Shown here: one piece after another, positions 48,338 to 58,773 of the stretch
How positions within the stretch are numbered: the first letter of the stretch is position 1
Layout: every line of letters starts with the position of its first letter
Source: Candidatus Multivoradales bacterium
GTDB lineage: Bacteria > Acidobacteriota > Thermoanaerobaculia > Multivoradales > JAHEKO01
DNA length: 64,000 nt
Reading direction: 5' to 3'
NCBI GenBank assembly: GCA_965223855.1
Contig: CBDCXM010000009.1
Span: 1,280,001-1,344,000, forward strand
Program-made: the position numbers and the translations under genes
The notes under the pieces: model-generated
Told to the model about the DNA's origin: nothing
Databases searched by the model: none
Seen by the model: only the letters and a program-made list of their open reading frames with translations

Positions 48338-49018
48338 ATGAAGTTCAACGAGGTTCGCTCCGAGCTGAAGCGGAGCGGCACGGCCCAGAACCGCAAGATC
48401 TACGGTCGGCACGGCGTCCGCGAACCGATGTACGGCGTCAGCTTCGCCAACCTTCGCAAGCTGGCGAAGGAGATCAAGACCGACCACCGACTGGCGGAGC
48501 GACTCTGGGCGACCGGCAACCACGACTCGCGGATGCTGGCGACGATGATCGCCGACCCGGATGCCGTGCGCTCGCGACGGCTCGACGAATGGGTGCGGGA
48601 CCTCGACAACTACGTCGTCACCGATGCCTTCTCGGCGTTCGTCGCTCGCACTCCCTTCGTCAAGAGCAAGGCCGATCGCTGGGCCAAGTCGAGACAGGAG
48701 TTCGTTGGCCAGGCGGGCTACAACCTGGTGAGCGCCCTGGCGTCGAACGACGAAGAACTGCCGGCGTCGTACTTCCTCGACTACCTCGAGCGGATCGAAG
48801 AGCGCATCCACTCGAGCGAGAACCGCACCCGCCATGCGATGAACCAGGCGGTGATCTGCATCGGCGTGCGCACCCCCGGACTCAAGCGGCGGGCGGTCGC
48901 CGCGGCGAAGCGGATCGGCACGGTGGAGGTCGACCACGGGGAGACCTCCTGCAAGACGCCCGAGGCGGTGGGGTATATCGAGAAGGTGCTGGCGTACCGG
49001 GAAAAGAAGGGTCGCTGA
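48338..49018 (+). CDS. DNA alkylation repair protein (AlkD-like)
   Basis: YGVSFANLRKLAK.IK.DH.LA..LW.TGN.D.R.LA.MIADP, VDHGETSCKTP. Confidence 0.82.
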   Translation: MKFNEVRSELKRSGTAQNRKIYGRHGVREPMYGVSFANLRKLAKEIKTDHRLAERLWATGNHDSRMLATMIADPDAVRSRRLDEWVRDLDNYVVTDAFSAFVARTPFVKSKADRWAKSRQEFVGQAGYNLVSALASNDEELPASYFLDYLERIEERIHSSENRTRHAMNQAVICIGVRTPGLKRRAVAAAKRIGTVEVDHGETSCKTPEAVGYIEKVLAYREKKGR

Positions 49019-49041
49019 CGACTGCAGCCTTGTCTGTTGGA

Positions 49042-49225
49042 GCCGGTCCACCCGGACGGGGGTCGGCATTGCCGCCCAAGGGGGACGTCGCGCGTACTCG
49101 GTAGGAGGATCTTCAGCGCGCTCTCTTTCGCCTTCGCCCCGTTCCGCTTTCGTTGAGCGAACCTGCTCGGGGCTCGGCTCGAGCCCCCTTGGCCGGCAAT
49201 GCCAACCCCCTGGTGGACCTACCGT
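49042..49225 (-). repeat. Structured repeat unit A (GTAG-footed long hairpin)
   Basis: Minus strand: ACGGTAGGTCC-stem-GGGGGCTCGAGCCGAG...GCGCGCTGAAG...CCTACCGAGTACGCGCGACGTCCCCCT-stem'-GGACCGGC. Confidence 0.85.
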
Positions 49226-49355
49226 CGTGCCGTAGGCCAGCCGATGGTGCCAGCCCTCGACCCCACGGTCGTCCCGCGGCGCGCTGTTCGGGCGCGTTGG
49301 GGATCCAGAGGCACCTTACTCGAAGGGGGGAGGGATCTGGGGAAGTTGGCAGACT

Positions 49356-49537
49356 ACGGTAGGTCCGAGTCAGCCGGGCATGCTGAGGGCCGAGGGGGCT
49401 CGAGCCGAGGCCCGGAAGCCTTGGCACCAGACCGCAGGTCGTCGGCCGACGGCGAGAGAGTGCGCGCTGAAGGTCGTCCTACCGAGTACGCGCGACGTCC
49501 CCCTCGGGCTCAGCATGTCCGGCCGACTCGGACCGGC
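49356..49537 (+). repeat. Structured repeat unit B, inverted copy of unit A
   Basis: Same termini and core blocks as unit A, with a different but self-complementary outer stem. Confidence 0.85.
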
Positions 49538-49555
49538 ATCGTCGGGTAGGGCTCT

Positions 49556-51781
49556 TCAGGGCTGCCAGTTGTAGCCGAGCTTGACGAAGAGCGTGTTGCC
49601 CGTCTCGACCAGGCCGGTGCCGGCGACGTCGACCTGCTCGCTGCTGTAGCCGACGAAGGCGGCGGTCTGGGGGTTGATCTTGTAGGAGAAGAGGAGCTGC
49701 CCGAAGATGTCTTCGACGAAGGGGTCGACCTCGTCGTCGTAGAGCGTGGGGTCGCGTTCGATCTCGGTTCGTTGGGTGATGAGACGAAGGAAGGTGCGCA
49801 GGTTGAACTGGTAGACGAGGCGCAGTTCCGACTGGTCGGCGGTGAAGAGGCGGCCGTCCTCGATGTCGAACTCGCGGCGGGTGTGGGAGAGGCGGGCGTT
49901 GAGGCGCCTGCCCGGACGCCAGTTGCCGAACAGTTCGAGACCGCTCTGTTCGCCGGCGCGGACCTGACTGAAGTCGATCGCGTCGCTGCCGGAGATCTCG
50001 AAGCCGACGCGGAGATCGCCGCGGGGTTCGATCGCCGAGAACAGCCACCAGAACTCCTGGTCGAAAGGGACCTCCTGGAAGACGCGGTCGCGCACGCCGC
50101 CGCCGAACCAGACCTCCAGATTGCGCTGACCGTTGAAGCCGGCGAAGAACTCGGTCTCTTCCTCGAGCAGGTTGCCCTCCTGGGTCTCGGTGCGGTCCCA
50201 GTCGCCGCCGACCTCGATCGAGGTGTACCACTTGTCGTTGTCGCCGAACCATTCGTAGCCGCCGCCGGTGATGACGCGCCGGAAGCCGACTCTCGGCATG
50301 AAGCCGAGGTCGGCGCGGAAGCCGTCGCCGATGTCCTCGTAGGCGGCGCGTGCGGTCCAGCTGCGGCGGCTGTGGCGGTAGCGGACGGTGAAGGCGTCGT
50401 CGGTCATCGTGCCGGTCGGCAGCCCTTCGGCGTCGACGACCGCGCCGGGGTACTCGGTGCTCGAGCGCAGCCACTGAACGTCGAGATTGTCGTGGCTCGA
50501 AAGTCTGAGACGGGCGTCGATGCCGCCGACCTGGTTGCTGTAGCCGGCCGCGCTGCGATCGGTCAGGACCGCGCCGACGGTGGAGGACTCGCCGACGTCG
50601 CGACGGTAGCGCACGACCGCGGCGTCCGACTCGGCATCGAGGGTCGTGAGGCTCGATGACTCGGCGCCGGGGAGCAGCAGGCTGGTCCGGTCGTCGCGGA
50701 CGGCGAAGACGCCGACAGCGTTCTTGCCCTCCTTGCCGGTCAGCTTCACTCCCCAGTCCGGGTCGGCGAGGGTGCGGGTGTAGACCGCGCGGAAGAGGGT
50801 CGAGAAGTAGTCGGATCCCTCGAGGAAGAACGGGCGGCGCTCGGGGAAGAAGAGCGCGAAGTCGCGGTTGATGTCGAGCTGCGCGACGTCCGCCTCGACC
50901 TGCGAGAAGTCGGGATTGACGGTGCCGGTGAAGGTCAGATTGGGAGTGATCCCCCAGTTGACGGTGAGCCCCGGGTCGTAGTCGGTGTCGCCACCTTCGA
51001 GCGGACCATCGGGGAAGTCGGGTCGCGACTCTGTCCGCACGGCGGTGACCGTCGGCGTGATCTCGAGGTTGCGTCCCGGATCGACACCGGCGAAGCCGTT
51101 GAGCTCCGCCTGCTGGCAGGTACGGCAGCGGTCGGAGCGGTCGTAGGGGACGAGGGCGATTCGCTGGTAGGTGTTGCGGGTCCGGTAGCGGCGGAAGTTG
51201 AAGCCCCAGGTCTGCCGGTCCGTCGAGCGCGGGAAGCGCAGCGACGAGAAGGGGATCGCGACCTCGACCTCGAAGCCCTGATCGGTCAGGCGTCCGGCCG
51301 AGTTCCAGACCACGTCCCAGCTCTCGTCCGAGCTCCCGGAGGCTTCCACGTATATGCGATCGCTCTGTACGCCGAGCGGATTGACGTCGAGCACGAAGGT
51401 GACGTTCGAATCGTTGAAGGTGTCGATCGAGATGCCGACGGAGTCGTCGGATCCGTAGCCGTCCCGGTCGGTGTAGCGGGCGCGGATCTTCTCCGGCTCG
51501 GGATCGAAAGCGCGGCAGCCGTAGAAGAGGTGGGTCTGGGTGTGCAGCATCCGGCACTCGGTCTCGACGGCCGGCTTCACGTTCTCACCGGGCTGCGTCT
51601 CGTAGGCGAGATCGAGCACGAGGGCGTCGTTCCAGGCGTCGTCGTCGAAGACGCCGTCGATCACCGGCGCCTCGGAGGACACCGGCAGCTCGAAGGCGGT
51701 CTTCGCCTCCACCGCCGTGGTGGCCGCGCACAGGACGAGGGTCACCCAGACCCAGCTTTGATGCTGTCTCTTCAATCCCAC
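49556..51781 (-). CDS. CBM9-like/DUF5916 outer-membrane protein
   Basis: PVIDGVFDDDAW, EVAIPFSSLRF, TVNPDFSQVEAD, FFPERRPFFLEG, terminal beta strands ending FVKLGYNW. Confidence 0.85.
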   Translation of the reverse strand: MGLKRQHQSWVWVTLVLCAATTAVEAKTAFELPVSSEAPVIDGVFDDDAWNDALVLDLAYETQPGENVKPAVETECRMLHTQTHLFYGCRAFDPEPEKIRARYTDRDGYGSDDSVGISIDTFNDSNVTFVLDVNPLGVQSDRIYVEASGSSDESWDVVWNSAGRLTDQGFEVEVAIPFSSLRFPRSTDRQTWGFNFRRYRTRNTYQRIALVPYDRSDRCRTCQQAELNGFAGVDPGRNLEITPTVTAVRTESRPDFPDGPLEGGDTDYDPGLTVNWGITPNLTFTGTVNPDFSQVEADVAQLDINRDFALFFPERRPFFLEGSDYFSTLFRAVYTRTLADPDWGVKLTGKEGKNAVGVFAVRDDRTSLLLPGAESSSLTTLDAESDAAVVRYRRDVGESSTVGAVLTDRSAAGYSNQVGGIDARLRLSSHDNLDVQWLRSSTEYPGAVVDAEGLPTGTMTDDAFTVRYRHSRRSWTARAAYEDIGDGFRADLGFMPRVGFRRVITGGGYEWFGDNDKWYTSIEVGGDWDRTETQEGNLLEEETEFFAGFNGQRNLEVWFGGGVRDRVFQEVPFDQEFWWLFSAIEPRGDLRVGFEISGSDAIDFSQVRAGEQSGLELFGNWRPGRRLNARLSHTRREFDIEDGRLFTADQSELRLVYQFNLRTFLRLITQRTEIERDPTLYDDEVDPFVEDIFGQLLFSYKINPQTAAFVGYSSEQVDVAGTGLVETGNTLFVKLGYNWQP

Positions 51782-51901
51782 ATCTCACGGCACGAAAAAC
51801 GCGTACTGTGAGCCTCCTGTGGAAGTGTACGGCAATAAATGGTTCGGGGTTTGTCGAGTCTCGACAGTCTCGCGTGGCGATCGCTTGCCTCAGCCTCTTC
51901 C

Positions 51902-54133
51902 ATGGGCGAGACTCCCGCGGTGACCGAGACCGGACTCGACTTCGAAGCGGCGCTCAACCCGGAGCAGTACGAAGCGGTCACCCACGGTGAAGGGGCGCAG
52001 CTCGTGCTGGCGGGCGCCGGCTCCGGCAAGACGCGGGTGATCACGCACCGGGTCGCCTGGCTGGTGCGCGAGGTCGGGATCGATCCCGAGGCGATCGTCG
52101 CCGTCACCTTCACCAACAAGGCTGCCGGTGAGATGCGCGAGCGGGTGGAGAAGCTTCTCGGCATGCATCCGTTGCCGACCTTCGTCGGTACCTTCCACCG
52201 CTTCTCGCTCGTGCTGCTGCGCCGCTGGGGGACCCGTGTGGGGGTGCCCCAGGGCTTCACGATCTTCGACACCGACGACCAGCTGGGGCTGATCAAGAGG
52301 GCGCTCGCCGACGAGCACCTGGCCGAGAGCTCCTTCCGTCCGCGCGCCGTGCTGTCGACCATCTCCGCGGCCAAGAACCAGCTCCTGGGCCCGGCGGAGT
52401 ACGAGCGGGAGGCCTCGAACTTCTTCGAGCGCAAGGTGGCGCTCATCTACGGCCTGTACCAGCAGGCGCTGGTCAAGTCCTCCGCGGTCGACTTCGACGA
52501 CATGCTGCGACTGTCGGTGAAGCTGCTCGACTCGAATCCGGACCTGCTCGAGAGGATGCGTGACCGGGTGCACTACCTTCTGGTCGACGAGTTCCAGGAC
52601 ACCAACCGCGCCCAGATGCGGCTGGTTCATCAGGTGATCGGCGATTCCGGCAACCTGACGGCGGTCGGCGACGAGGACCAGGGGATCTACCGCTGGCGTG
52701 GCGCCGATCTCGACAATGTGCTCGAGTTCGAGAAGTACTTTCCGGGAGCGACGATCCGCAAGCTGGAGCGCAACTATCGCTCGACTCAGAACATCCTCGA
52801 GGTCTCGGGCGCCCTCGTCGCTCACAACGAGAAGCGGCGCCCGAAGCAGCTGTGGACCGACAGCGGCGACGGAGCGCCGATCGAGCTCTACAAGGCGCGC
52901 GACGACCAGGACGAGGCGCGCTGGGTGGTCAACGTTCTCGACGGGCAACGTGACGAGTACCCGCTCTCCGAGATGGCGATCCTGGTGCGCACCAACGCTC
53001 AGACGCGCGCTTTCGAGGAGGCGCTGCTGCGGCGCGAGATCCCTTACGTTCTCGTTGGCGGAACGCGCTTCTACGAGCGCGCGGAGATCAAGGATCTGAT
53101 CGCGTACCTGCGGGCGGTGCGGAATCCGCAGGACAACTACTCGCTGCTGCGGATCCTCAACCGCCCGACCCGCGGCATCGGCAAGGGGACTCAGCAGCTG
53201 CTCGAGACCGAGGCTGCCGAGTACGGAGGTTCGATCTGGGAAGCTCTGAGCACCAGCACGTTCGCCACCTACCCGGCGCGCGGCGCGCGTGCCCTCGAGC
53301 GCTTCCGCGACCTGATCCGCGGGCTCCACGAAGCGTCGCAGGAGCTGCCGCTGCCGGCGCTGCTCGATCGACTGCTGGAGGACTCCGGCTACGCGAAGCA
53401 GTACGAGAAGGACGATCCCGAGTCGCAGTCGCGCCTCGAGAACATCCAGGAGTTCCTGACGGCGGCGCAGGAGTACACCGAGGAGTCGGTCGCTCAGGGG
53501 GAGGAAGACGAGCTGACCGCCTTCCTGGACCACATCGCCCTGGTGGCCGACATCGACACCTGGGAATCGCAGCGCGGGGTGTCGCTGATGACCCTCCATG
53601 CCGCCAAGGGGCTCGAGTTCGCTCTCGTGGTCGTCGGCGGTCTCGAGGACGGCGTGCTGCCGCACTTCAACGCCGGCGGCAGCCAGGACGATCTCGAGGA
53701 GGAGCGGCGGCTGCTCTACGTCGGCATGACCCGGGCCAAGGAGCGGCTCTACCTCACCACCTGCCGCCGGCGTCGCGTCGCCGGCCGCTACCAGGACCAG
53801 CTCGAGTCGGCGTTCCTCACCGAGCTGCCGACCGAAGGGCTCGAGATCTCGCAGAGCCCGGAGCTCTTCGCCGACCGACGCACCGCCGGGGTCTACCGCT
53901 TCTTCGACAAGCAGGCGCCGGTTCCCGATCTCGTCCCGGAGCCCGTGGCCTCCGGCGGCGGGGGCGGAGGAGGGACGGTGCAGCGCGGCACCCGCGTACG
54001 CCATCCGACACTGGGCGAGGGGGTCGTGCTCGAGATCGAGGGGAGCGCCGCGACCGGCAAGGTCACCGTCTACTTCGATCTGGTGGGGAAGCGGCGGCTG
54101 GCGGCGAAGTTCGCCAACCTGGAAGTTTTGTAG
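51902..54133 (+). CDS. uvrD: UvrD/PcrA superfamily-1 DNA helicase
   Basis: LAGAGSGKTRV, TFTNKAA.EM, VDEFQDTN, LERNYRS, MTLHAAKGLEF, EEERRLLYVGMTRA, C-terminal Tudor-like RVRHP..GEG. Confidence 0.95.
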   Translation: MGETPAVTETGLDFEAALNPEQYEAVTHGEGAQLVLAGAGSGKTRVITHRVAWLVREVGIDPEAIVAVTFTNKAAGEMRERVEKLLGMHPLPTFVGTFHRFSLVLLRRWGTRVGVPQGFTIFDTDDQLGLIKRALADEHLAESSFRPRAVLSTISAAKNQLLGPAEYEREASNFFERKVALIYGLYQQALVKSSAVDFDDMLRLSVKLLDSNPDLLERMRDRVHYLLVDEFQDTNRAQMRLVHQVIGDSGNLTAVGDEDQGIYRWRGADLDNVLEFEKYFPGATIRKLERNYRSTQNILEVSGALVAHNEKRRPKQLWTDSGDGAPIELYKARDDQDEARWVVNVLDGQRDEYPLSEMAILVRTNAQTRAFEEALLRREIPYVLVGGTRFYERAEIKDLIAYLRAVRNPQDNYSLLRILNRPTRGIGKGTQQLLETEAAEYGGSIWEALSTSTFATYPARGARALERFRDLIRGLHEASQELPLPALLDRLLEDSGYAKQYEKDDPESQSRLENIQEFLTAAQEYTEESVAQGEEDELTAFLDHIALVADIDTWESQRGVSLMTLHAAKGLEFALVVVGGLEDGVLPHFNAGGSQDDLEEERRLLYVGMTRAKERLYLTTCRRRRVAGRYQDQLESAFLTELPTEGLEISQSPELFADRRTAGVYRFFDKQAPVPDLVPEPVASGGGGGGGTVQRGTRVRHPTLGEGVVLEIEGSAATGKVTVYFDLVGKRRLAAKFANLEVL

Positions 54134-54149
54134 CTCGAAACGACCGGGA

Positions 54150-56225
54150 CTACTGCACGTAGCCGAGGCTTCGGAGCATCTCGAGTTCGTCGTCGCTGAG
54201 TTCGCGCTCCGGGCCGGCCAGGGTGCCGCCGAGAGACTCGATGGCGGCGCGCTCGCTCGAGGGAATCACCCGGGCGAGCTGGGTCTGGAGCGCCTGGAGG
54301 ATTGCCTGGTGGTCGGAGTCGGTCGACAGATCGATGGATTCGGTCGGGTCGCTCGTGAGGTCGTAGAGCTCGTAGCGCACGCCGCCGCTGGCCGGAGTCA
54401 TGATGAGCTTGAAGCGGCCGTCCCGCAGTCCCCGAAGCTTGCCGGGGATTCCCCCGAACTCGCGTCGGTTGTTCTCGGCGAACATCTTGACGTCGGACTC
54501 CAGATAGGCGGGGCGGGGCAGGGTATCCGCCTCTTCCCAGAATGCGGCGAGAGCGCTGCCGTCGGAGGCTGTCAGGCGAGGCGCCGAAGCGAGATCGAGC
54601 AGCGTCGGTGCCAGATCGATCGAGCGCACCTGAGCTTCGACCTCCACCCCTTCGGGAAGCTGCCCGGACCAGCGCAGGATCAACGGAATCCGCACGGAGT
54701 CCTCGTAGAGAAACTCGCCGTGGTGGAAGTAGTAGTCGTGTTCGCCGAGGGCGTGACCGTGGTCGGCCGTGAAAGCGACGATGGTGTCGTCGTCGAGCCC
54801 CAGCGCCGACAGCCCTCCGAGCAGACGCCCGATGTGGAACATCGTGTGATGCATCTCACCGCGGTAGAGCCGGCGTGCGACCTCGTTTTCGGCCTCCGGC
54901 AGGGGGTTCTGGAAGATCATCTGCCCGCGGGTGATCTCCGTCTGGCCGATGTGATTGACCACGACACGCCCGTCCTCGGGAGCCCCGTAGCGGCGGGCGA
55001 GTGCCGGGGGTGGCAGATAGGGCCAGTGAGGCTCGAAGTAGTGCGCGTAGACGAACGAGCGACGACCGCGGTGAGCCTCGAGGTACTGGAGCACGTCGTC
55101 GGTCAGTCGCGCCGAGGAGGTTTGGGCACTGAAGCGGGGAACCTTCTTCGCGCTGAGCTGATCACCGAGCAGCCACCAGCTCGTGTAGCGCAGCGGGCCG
55201 TAGGGTCGGTGGGCCTCGAAGTAGCCGGTGAAGCGCTCGAAGCCCTGCTCGAATCCGCGCCCTCGAGCGATCCAGCCGTTGTTGACGAAGGCGGCCGTGT
55301 CGAAGCCAGCCTCGCGGAACAGCTCGGCAGCGGTGCTCTCCTCGTCCGGCAGGCGATCGTAGAGACTGCGCACCCGATGGCGAGTCGGGTAGCGCCCGGT
55401 GAAGAAGGAAGCCACGGAGGCCGGAGTCTTCGGCACGACGGTGATCGCGTCGCGAAACAGGACGCCCTCGGAAGCGAGTTTGCGGATCGCCGGAGTCTCG
55501 ACGATCTCGCCATACGGGGCGACGTGGTCCTGGCGGGCTGTGTCAACGAGGATCCACAGAACGCTGGGCCCCTCCGTTCGTGAAGATCCTCGTGCCAGCA
55601 CGGCACACACGGCGGCCACAGAGAGCAGGCTCACGAACAGGAGTCGCGGGCGGCGAGATCCGAGCTCCACCAGCGCGTAGGCGACGAGAGCCACCCCGGC
55701 GAGGAAGAGCGTCTGTTCGAGGGCCGGGTAGGCCTGGTTCGGCACCCGGCCGGCGAGCGATCCGGCCGCAGCGGCGAGGACGCCCACGTCGCGCAGCAGG
55801 GCTGCGAGGCTCACGGCTGCGCCCCGGTCGCTCAGGATCGTGCCGGCTACGGCGAAGACGGTGCCGCAGGCGAGCAGCCACCACGTCGTCGGGCCGAGTC
55901 GATCGGCAAGCTGAACGCGACCGACGGCGATCGCCGCGATCCAGACGACGAAGGTGGCGAGAAAGCTCCACCGTTCCGGGAGGAGGCGCCTGAGAATGCT
56001 CCCGACGGCCAGCCAGACCACCAACCCGACAGCGACGAGGGCGACGCTCCAGAAGAGAGCGCCGAAGAGACGATCGAGGTCCCTCATCAGCACGTCGTAC
56101 ACGGCGATCGCGAGGCCCTCGGCGAGCGAGGCGAGCAGTGCGCAGCGCCAAAGCGGATCCGAAGACAGTGCCTCGAAGCCCCCTCGGACGGCCTTCCCTG
56201 CCGGACTCGACGCGGTGACGGACAT
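54150..56225 (-). CDS. Membrane-anchored sulfatase-like (alkaline phosphatase superfamily) protein
   Basis: Multi-TM N-terminus; ILVDTARQDH, SFFTGRYP, HYFEPHWPY, FTADHG, IDLAPTLL, LRSLGYV. Confidence 0.85.
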   Translation of the reverse strand: MSVTASSPAGKAVRGGFEALSSDPLWRCALLASLAEGLAIAVYDVLMRDLDRLFGALFWSVALVAVGLVVWLAVGSILRRLLPERWSFLATFVVWIAAIAVGRVQLADRLGPTTWWLLACGTVFAVAGTILSDRGAAVSLAALLRDVGVLAAAAGSLAGRVPNQAYPALEQTLFLAGVALVAYALVELGSRRPRLLFVSLLSVAAVCAVLARGSSRTEGPSVLWILVDTARQDHVAPYGEIVETPAIRKLASEGVLFRDAITVVPKTPASVASFFTGRYPTRHRVRSLYDRLPDEESTAAELFREAGFDTAAFVNNGWIARGRGFEQGFERFTGYFEAHRPYGPLRYTSWWLLGDQLSAKKVPRFSAQTSSARLTDDVLQYLEAHRGRRSFVYAHYFEPHWPYLPPPALARRYGAPEDGRVVVNHIGQTEITRGQMIFQNPLPEAENEVARRLYRGEMHHTMFHIGRLLGGLSALGLDDDTIVAFTADHGHALGEHDYYFHHGEFLYEDSVRIPLILRWSGQLPEGVEVEAQVRSIDLAPTLLDLASAPRLTASDGSALAAFWEEADTLPRPAYLESDVKMFAENNRREFGGIPGKLRGLRDGRFKLIMTPASGGVRYELYDLTSDPTESIDLSTDSDHQAILQALQTQLARVIPSSERAAIESLGGTLAGPERELSDDELEMLRSLGYVQ

Positions 56226-56411
56226 GCCGCGATCATAGCGGGCACACCAGGGTCGACGCACCGCTCAGTGGGTATACTCCCGCGCTGTTGGCTCATCGTT
56301 CTGATTCCACCCGCTCCTCGTGTGCGACCTCCCGCCGGGGGACTCCACACGATGTCGAGCCCGGTTCGCCCGGGGCCTCGTGCCTCGCCCGGCTGTCGGG
56401 GCGTCGGATCG

Positions 56412-58076
56412 ATGACGGAAGCTGAAGTCAGGCCGGCCGGAGAGGAGCGCTACACACTGGCGCTCGACAAGTTCCTCGTCCTGGTGTTCCTCGGCGGGCT
56501 GCTGACCCTGGGCATCGTCAACAGGGTGCCGTTCTTCGAGCCGTTCGGGCGTGGGCGACTGACGTACATGACCGTGTGGGCGATGCCCGTGCTCCTCGGC
56601 ATCCTGCTGGTGCGGCGGACGCCGTCTCGCCAGTGGCGCGAGTTCGTCTGGGATTGGTGGCCGATGGTCGGCGTGCTGGCGGTCTACGAGAGCCTCAAGC
56701 ACATGCACGCCAATCGCCTGACGGAGTGGCTCGGCATCACTCCGAAGGACGAGTTGATGCTGCGGATCGACGAGTGGCTGTTCTTCGGCAAGACATTGCC
56801 GCTCTACATGGACACCTGGACGGCGCCGTGGTTCATCCGCCTGATGACCTTCTGCTACATCTGGGTCTACTACCTCGGCCCCGTGGTTCTGCTGGGGTAC
56901 GCCTACGTCTCACGAGAGAGCGACGGCATGTTCCGCCGGCTTCGGCTCGGGCTCATCCTCGGCCTCCTCGGCGGGTATGTCATCTACCTGCTGGTGCCGG
57001 TCGCCGGGCCGATGTTCCTGGTGGGAGATCAGTTCACCCAGCCGATCCCGACGCAGCCGAAGCTCGCCAACCTCGTCTTCGACACGTTGCGCTTCAACTG
57101 GGACTGCTTCCCGAGCCTTCACACGGCGATTCCGTGGATCCTCACCTGCCTCGCCTGGCGGCGGATCTCCGGCTGGGGGCGGGCGCTGTGTGTGGTGCTC
57201 TCGTGCGGCGTCACGCTGTCGACGGTGGCGCTGCGTTTCCACTACGGCATCGATCTCATCGCGGCCTTCGTCTGGACCTGGCTGGTCTATCTCGCCGTAG
57301 AGGCGCTCGAGAAGCGTGACTACGGCAACGTGGCGATCCCGACGCTGCCGGGCGAGCCACTGCGCCATGGGATCAGTCAGTGGCCTGCCATCGTCGGCGC
57401 CTGGTCGGTCTACGGTGCCGCGCTGCTGCTGATCGGATTGACGGTGCTCCTGGCGACGCCGGTCTCGACCGGGCAGCGCCTCGCCGTGATGACCTTCCTG
57501 CTCCTCTTTCTGGTGATGGAGGCGGGGATTCTCGTGCTCCTCAACGGCGTCGTGGAGGCGCTGACACGAGCGGCGAAGCGACCTCGCCTCGTCGACGGCA
57601 CGAAGGCGGTGATGCTCGCCGGCATGGCCACGCTGCTGGTGGCGTCGCTTCTCAAGTACGGCTTCTCGGGCGGACAGCTTCGATTGGCCGATCTTCCGCT
57701 CTTGTCCGGAGTCCTGCCGGTGGGACTGCGGCTGATGCTCGGGGTCTTCTTTCTGGTAGCGGCGGCGACGATCTTCCGGTTTTTCGGGCGGTCGCGCGGC
57801 AAACGCTCCTCGCTCGAGGTGCGCACACTGGCTCTGCCCCTGCTGCTCGCCGGGATGGGGGCGGCGTTCGCCTACAGCGCATCCCCGGCGGTGCGCAGCT
57901 TTGTCGTGCACGTCGTACCGGAGTTTCACTGGCTCCACGGAGCTCCGCGGCGCGCCCTTCCACCGGCAGCGGTGCCGTCCAAACCCGCGGGTGCGCCGGG
58001 CATCGACCCCGAGGGCGAAACCGGAGGCGGGGACGGGGGAGGGGAGCAGGGCCAGGAATCAGGCAGCGGCTCCTGA
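56412..58076 (+). CDS. PAP2/Aur1-like membrane phosphotransferase with extra C-terminal TM region
   Basis: PVAGP, DCFPSLHT, STVALRFHYGIDL; start uncertain. Confidence 0.8.
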   Translation: MTEAEVRPAGEERYTLALDKFLVLVFLGGLLTLGIVNRVPFFEPFGRGRLTYMTVWAMPVLLGILLVRRTPSRQWREFVWDWWPMVGVLAVYESLKHMHANRLTEWLGITPKDELMLRIDEWLFFGKTLPLYMDTWTAPWFIRLMTFCYIWVYYLGPVVLLGYAYVSRESDGMFRRLRLGLILGLLGGYVIYLLVPVAGPMFLVGDQFTQPIPTQPKLANLVFDTLRFNWDCFPSLHTAIPWILTCLAWRRISGWGRALCVVLSCGVTLSTVALRFHYGIDLIAAFVWTWLVYLAVEALEKRDYGNVAIPTLPGEPLRHGISQWPAIVGAWSVYGAALLLIGLTVLLATPVSTGQRLAVMTFLLLFLVMEAGILVLLNGVVEALTRAAKRPRLVDGTKAVMLAGMATLLVASLLKYGFSGGQLRLADLPLLSGVLPVGLRLMLGVFFLVAAATIFRFFGRSRGKRSSLEVRTLALPLLLAGMGAAFAYSASPAVRSFVVHVVPEFHWLHGAPRRALPPAAVPSKPAGAPGIDPEGETGGGDGGGEQGQESGSGS

Positions 58077-58173
58077 GCGCGGGGCTCGCAGCCCGCAGGT
58101 CTGACCGAGCAGGCTCGACCGTGCCCTCGATCCAGCCGACCCCGGGCCTCGAGAACCGAAGCCTGCGGAGCCG

Positions 58174-58764
58174 TCAACCGCCGAGGTGGTCGGCGCGCAG
58201 GACGGCGTACAGGTAGTTGTCGACTCGCTCGCCGCGCAGCTCGAAGTAGGCGCGCAGCGTTCCCTCGCGCTCGAACCCGGTCCGCTCGAGCACCCGCGCC
58301 GAGGCGGTGTTCTCGACCGAGCAGCGCGCTTCGATACGCTGCAGGCGGGTGTTGGTGAAGAGCTCGTCGAGGAGCTGCTTGATCGCCCGCGGTGCGATGC
58401 CGCGCCGCTGGAACGGCGTCGAAAGCGCGTAGCCGAGCTCGGCGAGGCCGTGCTCCCAGTTGGTGGCGACCAGTGTCATCCAGCCGGCCGGTTGCCCGCC
58501 GACTTCGATGATCCACTGGAACTTGTCGCCCTTGCCCTGCCTGAGGTGCCGATGATCCTGAATGTCGAGCTCGGCTGCGAGCCGTTCCACCGTCGCCGGC
58601 CCGAGCGGTTGATGCCGCGCCACGCTCGGTTCGTTGCGCCACAGGTGCAACAGCGGCGCATCGGTACGCCGGGCCGCGCGCAGGCGCACCGGTCTCGCCT
58701 CCGGACCGGGTCCCGGAGCGCTGGCCGAAAGGGCGTCGGTGGCTGCTTGTTCGCGGGGCTGCAC
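58174..58764 (-). CDS. RimJ/RimL-type GNAT acetyltransferase
   Basis: AELGYAL...QRRGIA, ENTASARVLERTGFEREGTLR. Confidence 0.9.
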   Translation of the reverse strand: MQPREQAATDALSASAPGPGPEARPVRLRAARRTDAPLLHLWRNEPSVARHQPLGPATVERLAAELDIQDHRHLRQGKGDKFQWIIEVGGQPAGWMTLVATNWEHGLAELGYALSTPFQRRGIAPRAIKQLLDELFTNTRLQRIEARCSVENTASARVLERTGFEREGTLRAYFELRGERVDNYLYAVLRADHLGG

Positions 58765-58773
58765 GCCCCGATC

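Noticed and set aside
49105-49135. Hammerhead ribozyme core (CUGAAGA and GAAA on the minus strand of unit A)
   Set aside because: Spacing and order do not allow stems I-III, and unit B has CUGAAGG and GAGA instead.
49113-49574. Short ORFs in the alkD-DUF5916 intergenic region
   Set aside because: No recognisable motifs or start signals; the region is explained by the inverted structured repeats.
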